Shown piece by piece: positions 52,401 to 64,000 of a DNA stretch of 64,000 nucleotides. The position numbers and the translations under genes are program-made. The stretch's first letter is position 1; each line of letters begins with the position of its first letter. The notes below the pieces were generated by a model. That model worked only from the letters and a program-made list of their open reading frames with translations. It ran no database searches and had not been told where the DNA came from. Origin of the DNA: Octopus vulgaris (taxonomy: Eukaryota); assembly GCA_951406725.2 (NCBI GenBank), contig OX597820.1, positions 115,630,001 through 115,694,000 of the forward strand. Reading direction: 5' to 3'.

Positions 52401-54235
52401 CAGACTTGGTTAAAAAGAGACGATGAGCGATGGCTAGAAGAATATTGAGCTTTATTTGATAACCAGCTGATCTAGCAAGTGGGGCCTCATATCAGTGAGA
52501 GGGGCTGGTGCGTATTGATGCCGTCGAGAGGTAGGCCCCGAAATGGCGTGCATTCTCTCCTGATGACCCCATACACTTGCTGGGTTCCAGTATGCTGGGT
52601 TTTTGACTGGTAGCACTTGCATGTGCAAGTTGTTTGCAAGATATCTAGAACATTGAAACAGTGTATATGGTTTTAATATTTACACACCTGTACATCTTTT
52701 ATATTTTTATATAACTAGAATGCCAGTAAGAGATAGTTTGAGCTACTACGAATAGAAGTCAAATTTTACTAAAAGAACACCCAATAATATTAAAAAGAAA
52801 GAGAGGAAATCAATAATGAAAATCTAGAATTGGACTGAACGACTCGACAATTTTTATTTTAAGCTGTTCTCACATTTCTAAACAGACTAACAACTATCAA
52901 TGTAGATAGATAATACAGACTGCTACCGCAGTTTTGCCTATTGTTGACTCACTCTGCATACCTATAAATAGGTTCCATGAGTAAGTACATCTTACGACTG
53001 TAAAGAGCAGCCACATTGTTTAATACCTGAGTAAATTGTGAGCTGATAGTCTCCCCAAGGATGCAGAAAAAAGCTCAAAGACTCAGCCATGGTTCTGAGT
53101 CTTCTGAATGTTTCAGTCAATCTTACTATTGATTTGGTTTTCAACAGTGTTGGTCGGGTGGAAGAGACTGTATCACAGATCTTTACAGACCCTCCAACAC
53201 TGGTGAGATTGATATAGTTGATGTCTGTAGGAAAAACATGAGTAGGAATGGAATTCTAGAAGGGGTTTTGGGGAAGAAAGATTGGATTTAGTGGTAGGTG
53301 GGGAGGGGAAGAGAGATAGATGATGTATAAAGTGGCTTTATGGGAGGGGTTTGGAACTATTTAATCCAAAGAAACAGAAGTAGGTGTAGTAGTGAGCAGA
53401 ATGAGGAGACTGAGAATCTGTGGCCTGGAGATTGTAGGATGCTTATGAGTGGGTCTTAGGAAAAACCTTAACACATCTTTACCACCATCTTCTCCCTTTT
53501 TCCAGTTGGGGTAACCATGTATCTCCCCTACAGCAAGACACCTATTTCTATCTCTCTGTCATCACTTGGAATAAAGCCACCATCCTCAACTCTACTCCAC
53601 CCCTTTCAGCTGAGGGGTCCTGTCACGCAAATCACTTGGTGACCTCACTGGTGCTGGTGCTACATGAAAAGCACCCAGTCCACTCTGTAAAGTGGCTGAT
53701 GCTAGGAAGGACATCCAGCCACAGAACCTATAACAAAATAGATCTTGGAGTTTGGCACAATTCTCTAGCTTGCCAACTCCAGTCAAACCATCTAACCCAT
53801 GCCAGCATGGAAAATGGACATTAAATGATGATAACAATGGATGGCTTTGTTTTTAATGTGGCCCACGATGTCCGTGTGTTGAATAGCAATAACAGTCCAG
53901 ATGTGGAAACAATACTCCATTACTAAAGTTTGGAAGAGAGTCACAATTGATCAAAGTTGAAGTATCCGTAGGTACAGGAGTGGTGTGTTAATCTTTGCAG
54001 TTTATGAAATGTGAAGGTGGAATCACCGGAAAGATTGCAAGGTCCAGCAATCTTTGTAGGGACTTTGAGGAGTTTAACTGCACATTAACCAATGAAAGTA
54101 TAATATAAGTTTGGATATATATATATATATATATATAACGGGAAGCTTTATGAAAATAAACAAAAGACGAAGGCAGGTGGAAAACAAACGAACAATTGTA
54201 TTAGTACGGCGCTCGGGAAATATAAATAAAACAAG

Positions 54236-54273
54236 TCTTTAACGTTTCGAGCCTACGCTCTTCAACAGAAAGA
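54236..54273 (-). ncRNA. Hammerhead-like motif (U6 core), same family as 35886 (element about 54135-54330)
   Basis: UCUUU-CUGUUGA-A-GAGC(guag)GCUC-GAAA-CGUU^AAAGA. Confidence 0.58.
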
Positions 54274-54396
54274 TACACAGAGAGAAGGAGAGAAAAAAAA
54301 TGCGTGCAGTAGCTAACGAATCAACATGGCGATCTGATTTCGGCCAGAGGTCAAAGATCAAACATGAGACGCGAGAGCGAAATATATATATAGAGG

Positions 54397-54427
<31 letters not shown>

Positions 54428-55949
54428 AGTCAATTCAAGGTTACGTTATCCTTATTAGGGATTAATAAATCCAAAATTTCACTAGTTTAATCTCCATCAC
54501 ATTAGAAGAAAATTTCTACGTTGTGTTAAGGATTATAATAATTAAACTTAATAATATAAGAAAATGGCGAGATAAATATGTTAACAGATGTTAACGGATG
54601 ATGATGATGATATATGGGGAAAGTAGTGATAATGAATATCAATATGATGGAAGGAAATATCTGTCAAGGTAACATTGCACTGGCTCAGAAATGAAATTTG
54701 CTTAGGGGCTGCAAACTCAGGTCCAAAAATTTTTACAAACAAGGTCTTATTGTTTTTTTTTAATTTATTTTTTATTTTACGTTCTTGGAGAAACAGAAGT
54801 TTGATTTTTCGCCCTACAAAAGTTTTAGCAGGTGCACTTGCACGCCTTACATCCCCTGTCCTTGGAGCCTTGAGTGAATGGAAAAATTTCAGTCAGCCAA
54901 GATTATCCAAGCAATTTGTAGATAAAATCTCCCCTTAAGAGCTTTTAGTCTAAAAACAATTAAGAAAATTAGGTCTGTGTCCTGTTTCTATTTAAGATAA
55001 TAAAGTTCAATTTGAAGGAGATTTGTTTGTCATTTTTAGTTAAGCTGCCACTTAGAAGCCCTTTGATTTGCTAGGAAGGAAGTAGTTTAATATTCTAGGG
55101 TTGGTTGGAATGTTGTTAAGTTCCCTCACCGAAGCCTTGCTGTTTTTGTTCAAGTAATTGTGTCTCCTGTAAATATTCTTTGGATTCTGTGGGGATCGAT
55201 CAGTGCAGAAACACTTTCCGCCTGACTGGTCCCATGCCATGCAAGTTCTGCCTGACTGGTCCCATGCCATGCCAGTGCCGCCTGACTGGTCTCGTGCCAG
55301 TGATATGTGAAAAGCACCATCCAAACATGGTCAATGCCAGTACCACCTGACTGGCCCTTGTAAAAAGCACCCACTAGACTCTGTAGAAACATTGCCGGAT
55401 CAGAGCTGGTGCAGCCTTCTGACTTGCCAGCCTTCAGTCAAACCGTCCAACTCATGCCAGCATGGAAAGCAGACGTTAAAAGACGATGATGATGATGATG
55501 ATGATGAACTACATCGGCTGATAATTATTTAATTGTTATTGTTCTTAATGAGCTGGTAGAAACAATTTAACAGTGGATTAATTACTTAGACTATGTAATT
55601 TCGTATGTTGTGTACCAAGTCAATCCAATTATAATTCCTTTTTCAAATGTGTGGCCTTGTGTTATTGTGAAAACTAAAGTAACAATACAAAACTTTTAGT
55701 ATCATTCTTCTATGCTCTAAAGTCAGATCCTGTTGCAGTTAACTTCTTTCAGCCCTTAGGGGTCGAGTGACTGAGCAAAAACTCTATGTCAGGGCTTCTC
55801 GACTTTTTTTATATCTGGGCCAGAGCTAAAATCTGAACATTTTAAGGGGCCTGCCCCCCAAAAAGTAAAATGTAAATCCATCATATTTAAAGAAGGAAGA
55901 TCGTTGAGGGTTGCTGGAAGGATGCTTGCATCCCTGGGATTCACGGTTG

Positions 55950-56401
55950 AGATTGAATCAACTCCCAGTATAATCTGTTTGACTGCTATGGGTAGTTGTT
56001 TAGCTACAGGTCAAGTAGAATGATGACCAAATGTATTCCAACCACGACCATCATGTTTTATGAGCTATGTAACATTACATTACCCAGTCTGTCCTGTTCT
56101 TATAATAAATGCTAAGTCTGATTTGAGCGTGATTTGACTGCTATTTCTAACTGGTCAAAATATCACATAGAGCAGCTGCTCTATGTGATCTTTTGACCAG
56201 TTAGAAATAGCAGTCAAATCACGCTCAAATCAGACTTAGCATTTATTATAAGAACAGGACAGACTGGGTAATGTAATGTTACATAGCTCATAAAACATGA
56301 TGGTCGTGGTTGGAATACATTTGGTCATCATTCTACTTGACCTGTAGCTAAACAACTACCCATTGCAGTCAAACAGATTATACTGGGAGTTGATTCAATC
56401 T
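55950..56401. repeat. 452-bp loopless palindrome
   Basis: Centre gagcag|ctgctc at 56175/56176; 226-bp arms with two mismatches seen (55987/56364 and 56161/56190). Confidence 0.95.
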
Positions 56402-57066
56402 AAGAAATTAACCATTTGTTTTACCAAAATAGATTTCATTAGAAATGGTTTATTGGATTTAGATTAGATGCAGATGTATGGTTAAAGAAGCTTGATTCAT
56501 AACTATGTGGTCTCCAGTTCAATTCCACTGCCTGGCACCTTAGCCAGGTGTCTTTTACTATTATAACTCCAGGCTGATCAAAGCCTTGTGTGTGGATTTG
56601 GTAGACAGCATATACAGAAGCTTGTCTTATATATGCTTGTTACTTCTTTATTGCCCACAAGGGGCTACACATAGAGGAGACAAACAAGGACAGACAAAGG
56701 GATTAAGTCGATTATATCGACCCCAGTGCGTAACTGGTACTTATTTAATTGACCCTGAAAGGATGAAAGGCGAAGTCGACCTCGGTGGAATTTGAACTCT
56801 GAACGTAACGGCAGACAAATTACCGCTAAGCATTTCGCCCGGTTTGCTAACGTTTCTGTCAGCTCGCCGCCTTAATATATATGTTGTCTTATGTGTGTGT
56901 GTGTTTGTTCCCCCACACTGCTTGACATTTGGTGTAGGTTTCTTTATGTCCCCTAACTTAGTGGTTCTGCAAAAGTGACCGGTACAATAATTACTGGGGC
57001 TGGTCCAACACAGCAGAAGTCCAGTGGCTTAAACAAGTAAAGGAAGATAAATGGAGGTGAAGAACA

Positions 57067-57494
57067 TGGAAAGATTTCCTTTTGTACCACCCATCCACAA
57101 TAAATTTTTTTTTAAATATTACACATGATGGAAAATTGATTTCCAACCATGTCTTATAATAATAAAGATGAGAAAATCATAAAATTTCAAAATTTCTATT
57201 ACAAAAATTTCATTTCTGTATTATGTATATTCATATCCCAATTTGCCTAACGTTTAAGGCCTAAATTGCCTAACTCAATGAAATTTGTCTAATCTTGAGA
57301 CATGAATATATATAATACAGATATTAAGTTTTTTTAAACAGAAATTCTTAATTTTTATGACTTTCTCATCATTATATATGACTTTTTATGACTTTCTCAT
57401 CAACTATATAAGACATGGTAGGAAATCAATTTTCCACCATGTCTAATATTTAAAAAAATTATTTTATGGGAGGGCACAAAAGGAAGGCTTTCCA
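57067..57494. repeat. Imperfect AT-rich fold-back element
   Basis: catgatggaaaattgatttccaaccatgtcttata mirrors tataagacatggtaggaaatcaattttccaccatg; ends tggaaag...ctttcca. Confidence 0.8.
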
Positions 57495-59009
57495 CAAAAA
57501 ATTGAATTAAATTAAACTCAAACTTTGACTTTTTCTTTTTTCCAGACTTGTAATCTCCGTTTCTCTTTTTTTTTTTTAAACATCCAAATTGGAAGGCAAG
57601 AATTTTAAAAAGCTTAACTAAAATTATTTAAAAGCAATCAGATGTAAAGAGTTCTAAAATAAAGTATATTTGTGTTATGGTCAATAAACAACAACTATAA
57701 AACTGGTTTCAAATTTTGGCACAGGGGGGGGGGGTCGCTTACACCGAAATCAATGATCAGCTGGAAATTATCTTATCGACCCCTGAAAGATGAAAAAGCA
57801 GAGTCGACCTCGGCGACATTTGAACTCAGAACGTTAAGTCGGGAGAAATGCTGAGTACAGGATGGTGCTGATCGATCAGCAAGAGCAATCCAACTATGAC
57901 CACCACACAGACATATCCATTGGTACACAGTGTACGTAGTTCCACATCATGTGGCGCATTCTGCTCTTTCGGATTTGGCTGCTATTTCTAGCCGTACTGT
58001 ACGGAACCAGCATTGCAGACAACTGTTTCCATGCTACACAACCAAAACATATCTGAGTCAATATTATTGTGATACTAATAAGATCAGCTGAACTTACCTT
58101 GTTCTTCCTGCAAACATTAAATCTCACCATAGCTCCTCGCCACACCCAATCGATGTTGTCATTAAATTCAACTAAACCACTTAACACACTATTTATATGT
58201 CATCGTTTTCAAAGACAGATATAAATACAAATAAACAGCGGTCTATTCTCCATAAATACCACCTGGTTTTTCACAATTAATTATTATATATATTAGATAG
58301 GAATTTATTTTTCATTTTGAAGCTGGATACTTAAATATTTTAGCTTTTAACGTAAATTTATTTTCAACAGTGAGATAAAACACGCTGGAAATACGAATCT
58401 ACTGTTAAATTGTTGCTAACTCCGTATGCTCCAATCGTGATGGAGTTTCTGGTGCGGCGGAAGAAGCATGTTTCCTCCCAATTTCTTTCAGAATTAATTC
58501 ACTTCTGCATCATATTTATAAATACGTGTACTGGCACTGGGTATTCTTCCGTCTTTTAATGTTTAGTCGTAAGAAAATGCTTATGCTGTGTAATTAATTG
58601 GTAAACTCATTCTTTCTACTATAGACACGAGGCCTGAACTTTGGTGGCGGAGAAGCTGGTCGAAATACATCGACCCCCACTCCAAAAGGCGTGCTAACGA
58701 TTTTTTTCTACTCTAGGCACAAGGCTCGAAATTTTGGGGAGAGGGGCCAGTCGATTAGATCTATTTCTAGTCTTTCTCATTCGCAAAATCTGCCCCCTCT
58801 TAATTTTGTTCAGATTACTTTCCTTTTTGGTGTATCGATGCAACTCTGGATTTGTGGATCTAGTAAACTAGATCCGCCGTTTATTCCAACCCACCCGCTT
58901 ATATGAATTTAAGCAAATGTCTCACCCACCTACTTATTTCAACCCCCACCAATTATTTGGGACCCGAGAGTAGGTAACAAAGAAGAAAAAAAACATTTTG
59001 ATTCACCTG

Positions 59010-59183
59010 TCCGCAGTTTTGAAGATAATCAAACCAAAATAACGAGTTCGAGCCACTCACTAAATATGTATTTCTGCTAAATTCGGTAAAAAATCCGTTC
59101 TGCCGTTTTCCAGTTATTTTGCAAACACAAACAGACGAGCGACTATGATACCCTGCTTTCGCTTACGCGCGCAAGACAATTAA
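59010..59183 (+). mobile_element. Possible DINE-1/Helentron-associated fragment
   Basis: ctaaattcggtaaaaaatccgttctgccgttttccagttattttgcaaacacaaacagac followed by ataccc and a GC-rich end; resemblance only. Confidence 0.3.
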
Positions 59184-59661
59184 ATGGGTTCCAGAACAAG
59201 AGGATTGGCATCGAATAGTTTATGGATAGTTCTGTACTTACGTGGTTGCCTGCCAATCCCCTTCTCCCTCAGAATTGCCGAGTGTAACCGCGAGAATTAC
59301 ATAACAGTTTGATAGATAACATTAATACGTAGCTCAAATTTAATAAGTGACACATTAAAATGATGAATAATAAAGAACGATTTTAAGATACAAATCGGAT
59401 CTTAATGCAATTATCATAGCCAGACAAATATTTTATGAGTCGATGAGAAGGAATCTGTGACTATTAAGACTCTTTTACTTGTTTCAGTCATTTGATTGTG
59501 GCCATGCTGGAGCACCACCTTTAGTCGAGCAAATCGACCCCAGGACTTACTCTTTGTAAGCTTAGTACTTATTCTATCGGTGTCTTTTGCCGAACCGCTA
59601 AGTTACAGGGACGTAAACACACCAGCATCGGTTGTCAAGCGATGTTGGGGGACAAACATAT

Positions 59662-59700
<39 letters not shown>

Positions 59701-60514
59701 CATGTATACGACGGGCTTCTTTCAGTTTCCGTCTACCAAATCCACTCACAAGACTTTGGTCGGCAGAGGGACTGAACCCAGAACCATGTAGTTGATAAGC
59801 AAGCTACTTACCACACAGACACTCCTAACTGATTTAATTGATTTAATAATATATTTTATAAACGCCATACTTTATAATTTTTATAAGCGTTCGAGGATTT
59901 CTGTATGCTATGTGATTCGGTGTGGTCCCCTTGGAGGTCGAAATTTTGTACATACTCGACAACTTTATCTTCGTTATTTCAAAATGTAAGCGAAGAAATT
60001 TATGAATGATGCATTTGTTCCGATACCAGTTATATATATATAACTGTGGCTGTGTGGTAAGTAGCTTGCTAACCAACCACATGGTTCCAGGTTCAGTCCC
60101 ACTGACCAATGCCTTGTGAGTGGATTTGTGAGTGCCCCGGGCCGACCAATGCCTTGTGAGTGGATTTGGTTGACGGAAACTGAAAGAAGCCTGTCGTATA
60201 TATATATGTATGTATGTGTGTTTGTCCCCCTAGCATTGCTTGACAACCGATGCTGGTGTGTTTACGTCCCCGTCACTTAGCGGTTCGGCAAAAGAGACCA
60301 ATAGAATAAGTACTGGGCTTACAAAGAATAAGTCCCGGGGTCAATTTGCTCGACTAAAAGGCGGTGCTCCAGCATGGCCGCAAAGAAATGACTGAAACAA
60401 GTAAAAGAGTATATATATATATATATAATCAGAAAAGGCTAGGCTACTGGTTTTAAATTGATATTAATTTAATTAATATTCAATTTATTTCCCTCATTAT
60501 TTAAATATATGGTA

Positions 60515-63500
60515 CATGACACGGCTGTCCCTCATCCCAGGGTCTCAGAAGCCCACACCTCCCACACCCTCAGAGTTGGCACATTGAAAGTTAGGTCTGG
60601 AGAGATTGTAGAGCTGCTTGAACGGAGACGTGTGGATGTATGCTGCATCCAGGAAGTAAGGTGGAGAGGAGGTTCCGCTAGGCTCCTCACAGGCAAGGAA
60701 CACAGGTACAAGATTTTCTGGGCAGGGAACACTGACGGGGTCGGGGGGGGTATACTTCTTGCGGAGAAATGGGTAGATAAGGTAATCGAGGTAGTCAGAG
60801 TAAGTGACAGAGTAATTAAAATTAGATTAGTCCTTCACCATAGGACAGCTACCATCATCTCGGCATATGCCCCTCAACCAGGGCTACCGGAAGGACAAAA
60901 AGACCAATTCTATGACACCCTATTGCGGACTACCTCGTTGACAAATGACAGTGACCTTCTCTTCGTGGCAGGTGATTTCAATGGACATGTTGGACGGCAT
61001 GTCGGTGGCTTCCATGGCGTCCATGGAGGCTACGGTTTTGGCTCTCGTAATGAGGAGGGAACCAGGCTGCTGGAGTTCTGCGATGCAAATGACCTTATGG
61101 TCTGCAATACCAACTTCAGGAAACCCACCTCTCACCTAATCACCTACCGTTCTGGCAGACACACCAGCCAGATTGACTACATCCTTGCCAGAAAAAGGGA
61201 AAGAGGGCTGATCATAAATGCCAAAACCTTTCCAGGCGAAGAATGTACTCCTCAACATAGATTAGTAGTTAGCGACTTCAGGATCAGAGCTAAATGGTTG
61301 CCCAGAAGAAGACCAGCTTGGAGGAGAAGGGTCTGGAAGCTTAAAGATCCTGCAAATGGACAGAGATTTAGAGACATACTACTCGAAGCCTTTGATGAAA
61401 TAGAAGGGGATATAGCTTCACTTAATGTGGAAGACAACTGGAGATTTCTACAGGACAATCTGCTGACAGCCACTGACCAGATCTGTGGATGGAGCAAAGT
61501 ACCATCTCGACCAGAGTAACGTGGTGGTGGAACAATGTGGTTGACAGGGCTATTAGACAAAAGAAACAGGACTGGAAGAACGGTGGTAGCAGGGAATTGT
61601 ATCAGACAGCCAGAAGGGAAGCTAGGAGGCAGGTTTATTTAGCCAGAGGGGAAGCGGATAAGAAAAAATTTGCCAATGTTCTGAGCCGTGAAGATGAAAG
61701 ACTTGAGGTATTTCGTGTTGCAAGACAGTGTGTGAGAGAGAATCGTGATGTGGTAGGAGAGAAATGTGTCCGCATGGATGATGGTTCACTTGCGCTAAAT
61801 GAGGATGCAAAGAGAGAGGTTTGGAGATGCCACTATGAAAGGTTGCTGAATAAAGAAAATGAAATAAAGAGAGTCTGCCAAATGTTGACCCAACAGAGGG
61901 ACCAGCTATCCAAGTTGATAGTTCCATGGTAGCTAAGGCAATTAGAAGCATGAAGACAGGGAAAGCCCCAGGCCCATCAGGAATTACTGCAGAGATGCTC
62001 AAAATATCTGGCAGTGTCGGCTATAACCTAGTCACCCGTATAGTTAACCAGGTGATACACGAAGGAGTCATACCCAATGACTGGTGTAGCAGCATACTAG
62101 TCAACTGCTACAAAGGAAAAGGTGATGCCCTAGATACAAATAACTACAGGGGTATCAAGCTGTTGGATCAGGTAATGAAGGTTACGGAGAGGGTCATAGC
62201 CCAACTAATTAGAGAGAGAGTTAGTTTAGATGAGATGCAGTTTGGGTTCGTGCCAGGGAAAAGCACCACTGATGCTATGTTCCTGGTAAGGCAGCTGCAG
62301 GAGAAATACCTAGCCAAAGATAAGCCCCTGTACCTGGCTTTCGTTGACATGGAGAAAGCCTTTGATAGGTCCCCGATCCCTCATCTGGTGGTCAATGAGG
62401 AAACTAGGGATAGATGAATGGCTGGTGAGGGCTGTGCAAGCCATGTACAGAGATGCCGTAAGTAAGGTTAGGGTTGGCAACATGTACACAGAAGAATTCA
62501 AAGTAGAGGTTGGGGTCCACCAGGGTTCAGTACTCAGCCCCCCGCCTATTTATCATAGTCCTCCAGGCAATTGCGGAGGAATTCAAGACAGGTTGCCCCT
62601 GGGAGTTCCTCTATGCTGACGACCTTGCTCTAATTGCTGAGTCACTATCAGAACTGGAGGAGAAGTTCCAGGTGTGGAAGGAGGGTTTAGAATCGAGGGG
62701 CCTTAGAGTCAACCTAGCTAAAACCAAAGTACTAATAAGTAGAAAGGTAGACAATCCACAAATGTCTTCAGGAAGATGGCCCTGCTCGATCTGTAGAAAA
62801 GGTGTAGGTAGAAACTCTATAAGATGTACCCAGTGTAAGCTATGGACACATAAGAGGTGCAGCAATGTCAAAGGTAGGCTAACTGGGAAGATAGTTTTTG
62901 TATGTGGCAGATGCTCGGGAGCATTGACCTCCGAAAATCTGCAGAAAACAACTTCCGTCACTTTCCAGGGGGAAAAACTAGAAGTAGTTGATAGCTTCCG
63001 TTATCTAGGTGACCAAGTCAGTAGTGGGGGTGGGTGCGCTGAAAGTGTAACTGCTAGAATAAGAATAGCCTGGGCAAAGTTTAGGGAGCTCTTACCTCTG
63101 CTGGTGACTAAAGGCCTCTCGCTCAGAGTAAAAGGTAGACTGTATGATGCATGTGTACGAACTGCCATGCTACATGGCAGTGAAACATGGGCTGTGACTG
63201 CTGAGGACATGCGTAAGCTCGTGAGGAATGAAGCCAGTATGCTCCGATGGATGTGTAATGTCAGTGTACTTACTCGACAGAGCGTTAGTACCTTGAGAGA
63301 AATGTTGTACCTAAGAAGCATCAGTTGTGGTGTGCAAGAGAGACGATTGCGCTGGTATGGTCATGTGGCGAGAATGGATGAAGATAGGTGTGTGAGAAAG
63401 TGCCAATCCCTAGCAGTTGAGGGAATCCGTGGAAGAGGTAGACCCAGGAAAACCTGGGACGAGGTGGTGAAGCACAACCTTCGAACTTTAGGCCTCACTG

Positions 63501-63992
63501 AGGAAATGACCAGCGACCGAGACCTTTGGAAATATGCTGTACGTGAGAAGACCAGGCAGGACAAGTGAGCCCAGCCCACTTATGCATGCCTTTCCTCCCT
63601 TGGACACAAAGACCTGTTGAGGCAAGCGAAGTCGATATAGAACCTCATCTGACAACAGGCACCCATGCCAACCCCCTTTGCTTGCGAAGATATGTTGGAG
63701 CAAGCGAAATCGAATCGAATTGAACTAGCCAGGATCCCTGGTCTGGTGGTACGTAAAATACACCAATCCGACCGTGGCCGTTGCCAGCCTCGCCTGGCAC
63801 CTGTGCAGGTGGCACATAAAAAGCACCCACTACACTCACGGAGTGGTTGGTGTTAGGAAGGGCATCCAGCTGTAGAAACATTGCCAGATAAGACTGGAGC
63901 CTGGTGCAGCCTTCTGGCTTCCCGGATCCCCGGTCGAACCGTCCAACCCATGCTAGCATGGAGAACGGATGTTAAACGATGATGATGATGAT
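60515..63992 (+). mobile_element. Near full-length RTE-clade LINE (APE endonuclease + RT), frameshifted
   Basis: ORF pieces 60509-61519 (IQEVRW, AGDFNGHVG, QIDYIL), 61926-62417 (KAPGPSG, NYRGIKLL, QFGFVPGKST, FVDMEKAFD), GVHQGSVLSP, and 62510-63568 (LYADDL, LRWYGHVARM, GRGRPRKTW). 3' UTR ends in (GAT)n. Confidence 0.95.
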
Positions 63993-64000
63993 ATATACAC

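Noticed and set aside
52480-52575. Hammerhead-like pieces ggccccgaaa...ctgatga
   Set aside because: Order and stems cannot be assembled into any hammerhead topology.
60509-63568. RTE as an active intact element
   Set aside because: At least four frameshifts plus apparent small deletions. Some fall at homopolymers and could be sequencing errors, but activity cannot be claimed.

Overview
AT-rich, microsatellite- and SINE-dense animal genomic DNA. The repeat families suggest a coleoid cephalopod, probably Octopus (inference). Two convergent spliced genes: (+) the 3' part of a RASSF2/4-like Ras-association/SARAH gene (exons 299-28792, with a probable extra acidic cassette exon) and (-) a complete five-exon inositol polyphosphate multikinase (IPMK, 49448-34533, 321 aa). 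Introns and flanks hold several tRNA-derived SINE families, many 3' ends of an RTE LINE, a near full-length frameshifted RTE copy (60515-63992) with a PHD-type finger inside its reverse transcriptase, Dong/R4-, HERO-, BovB-like and Penelope fragments, and mariner, pogo and piggyBac-like MITEs. The most striking unexplained signal is a set of short, mostly fold-back elements from about six apparently distinct sequence families. Each carries a minimal type-I hammerhead ribozyme motif of the Penelope kind. They include a tRNA-headed SINE ending in a hammerhead and recurrent non-canonical cores (U6; U3-A8). All calls were made by eye; repeat boundaries are approximate.
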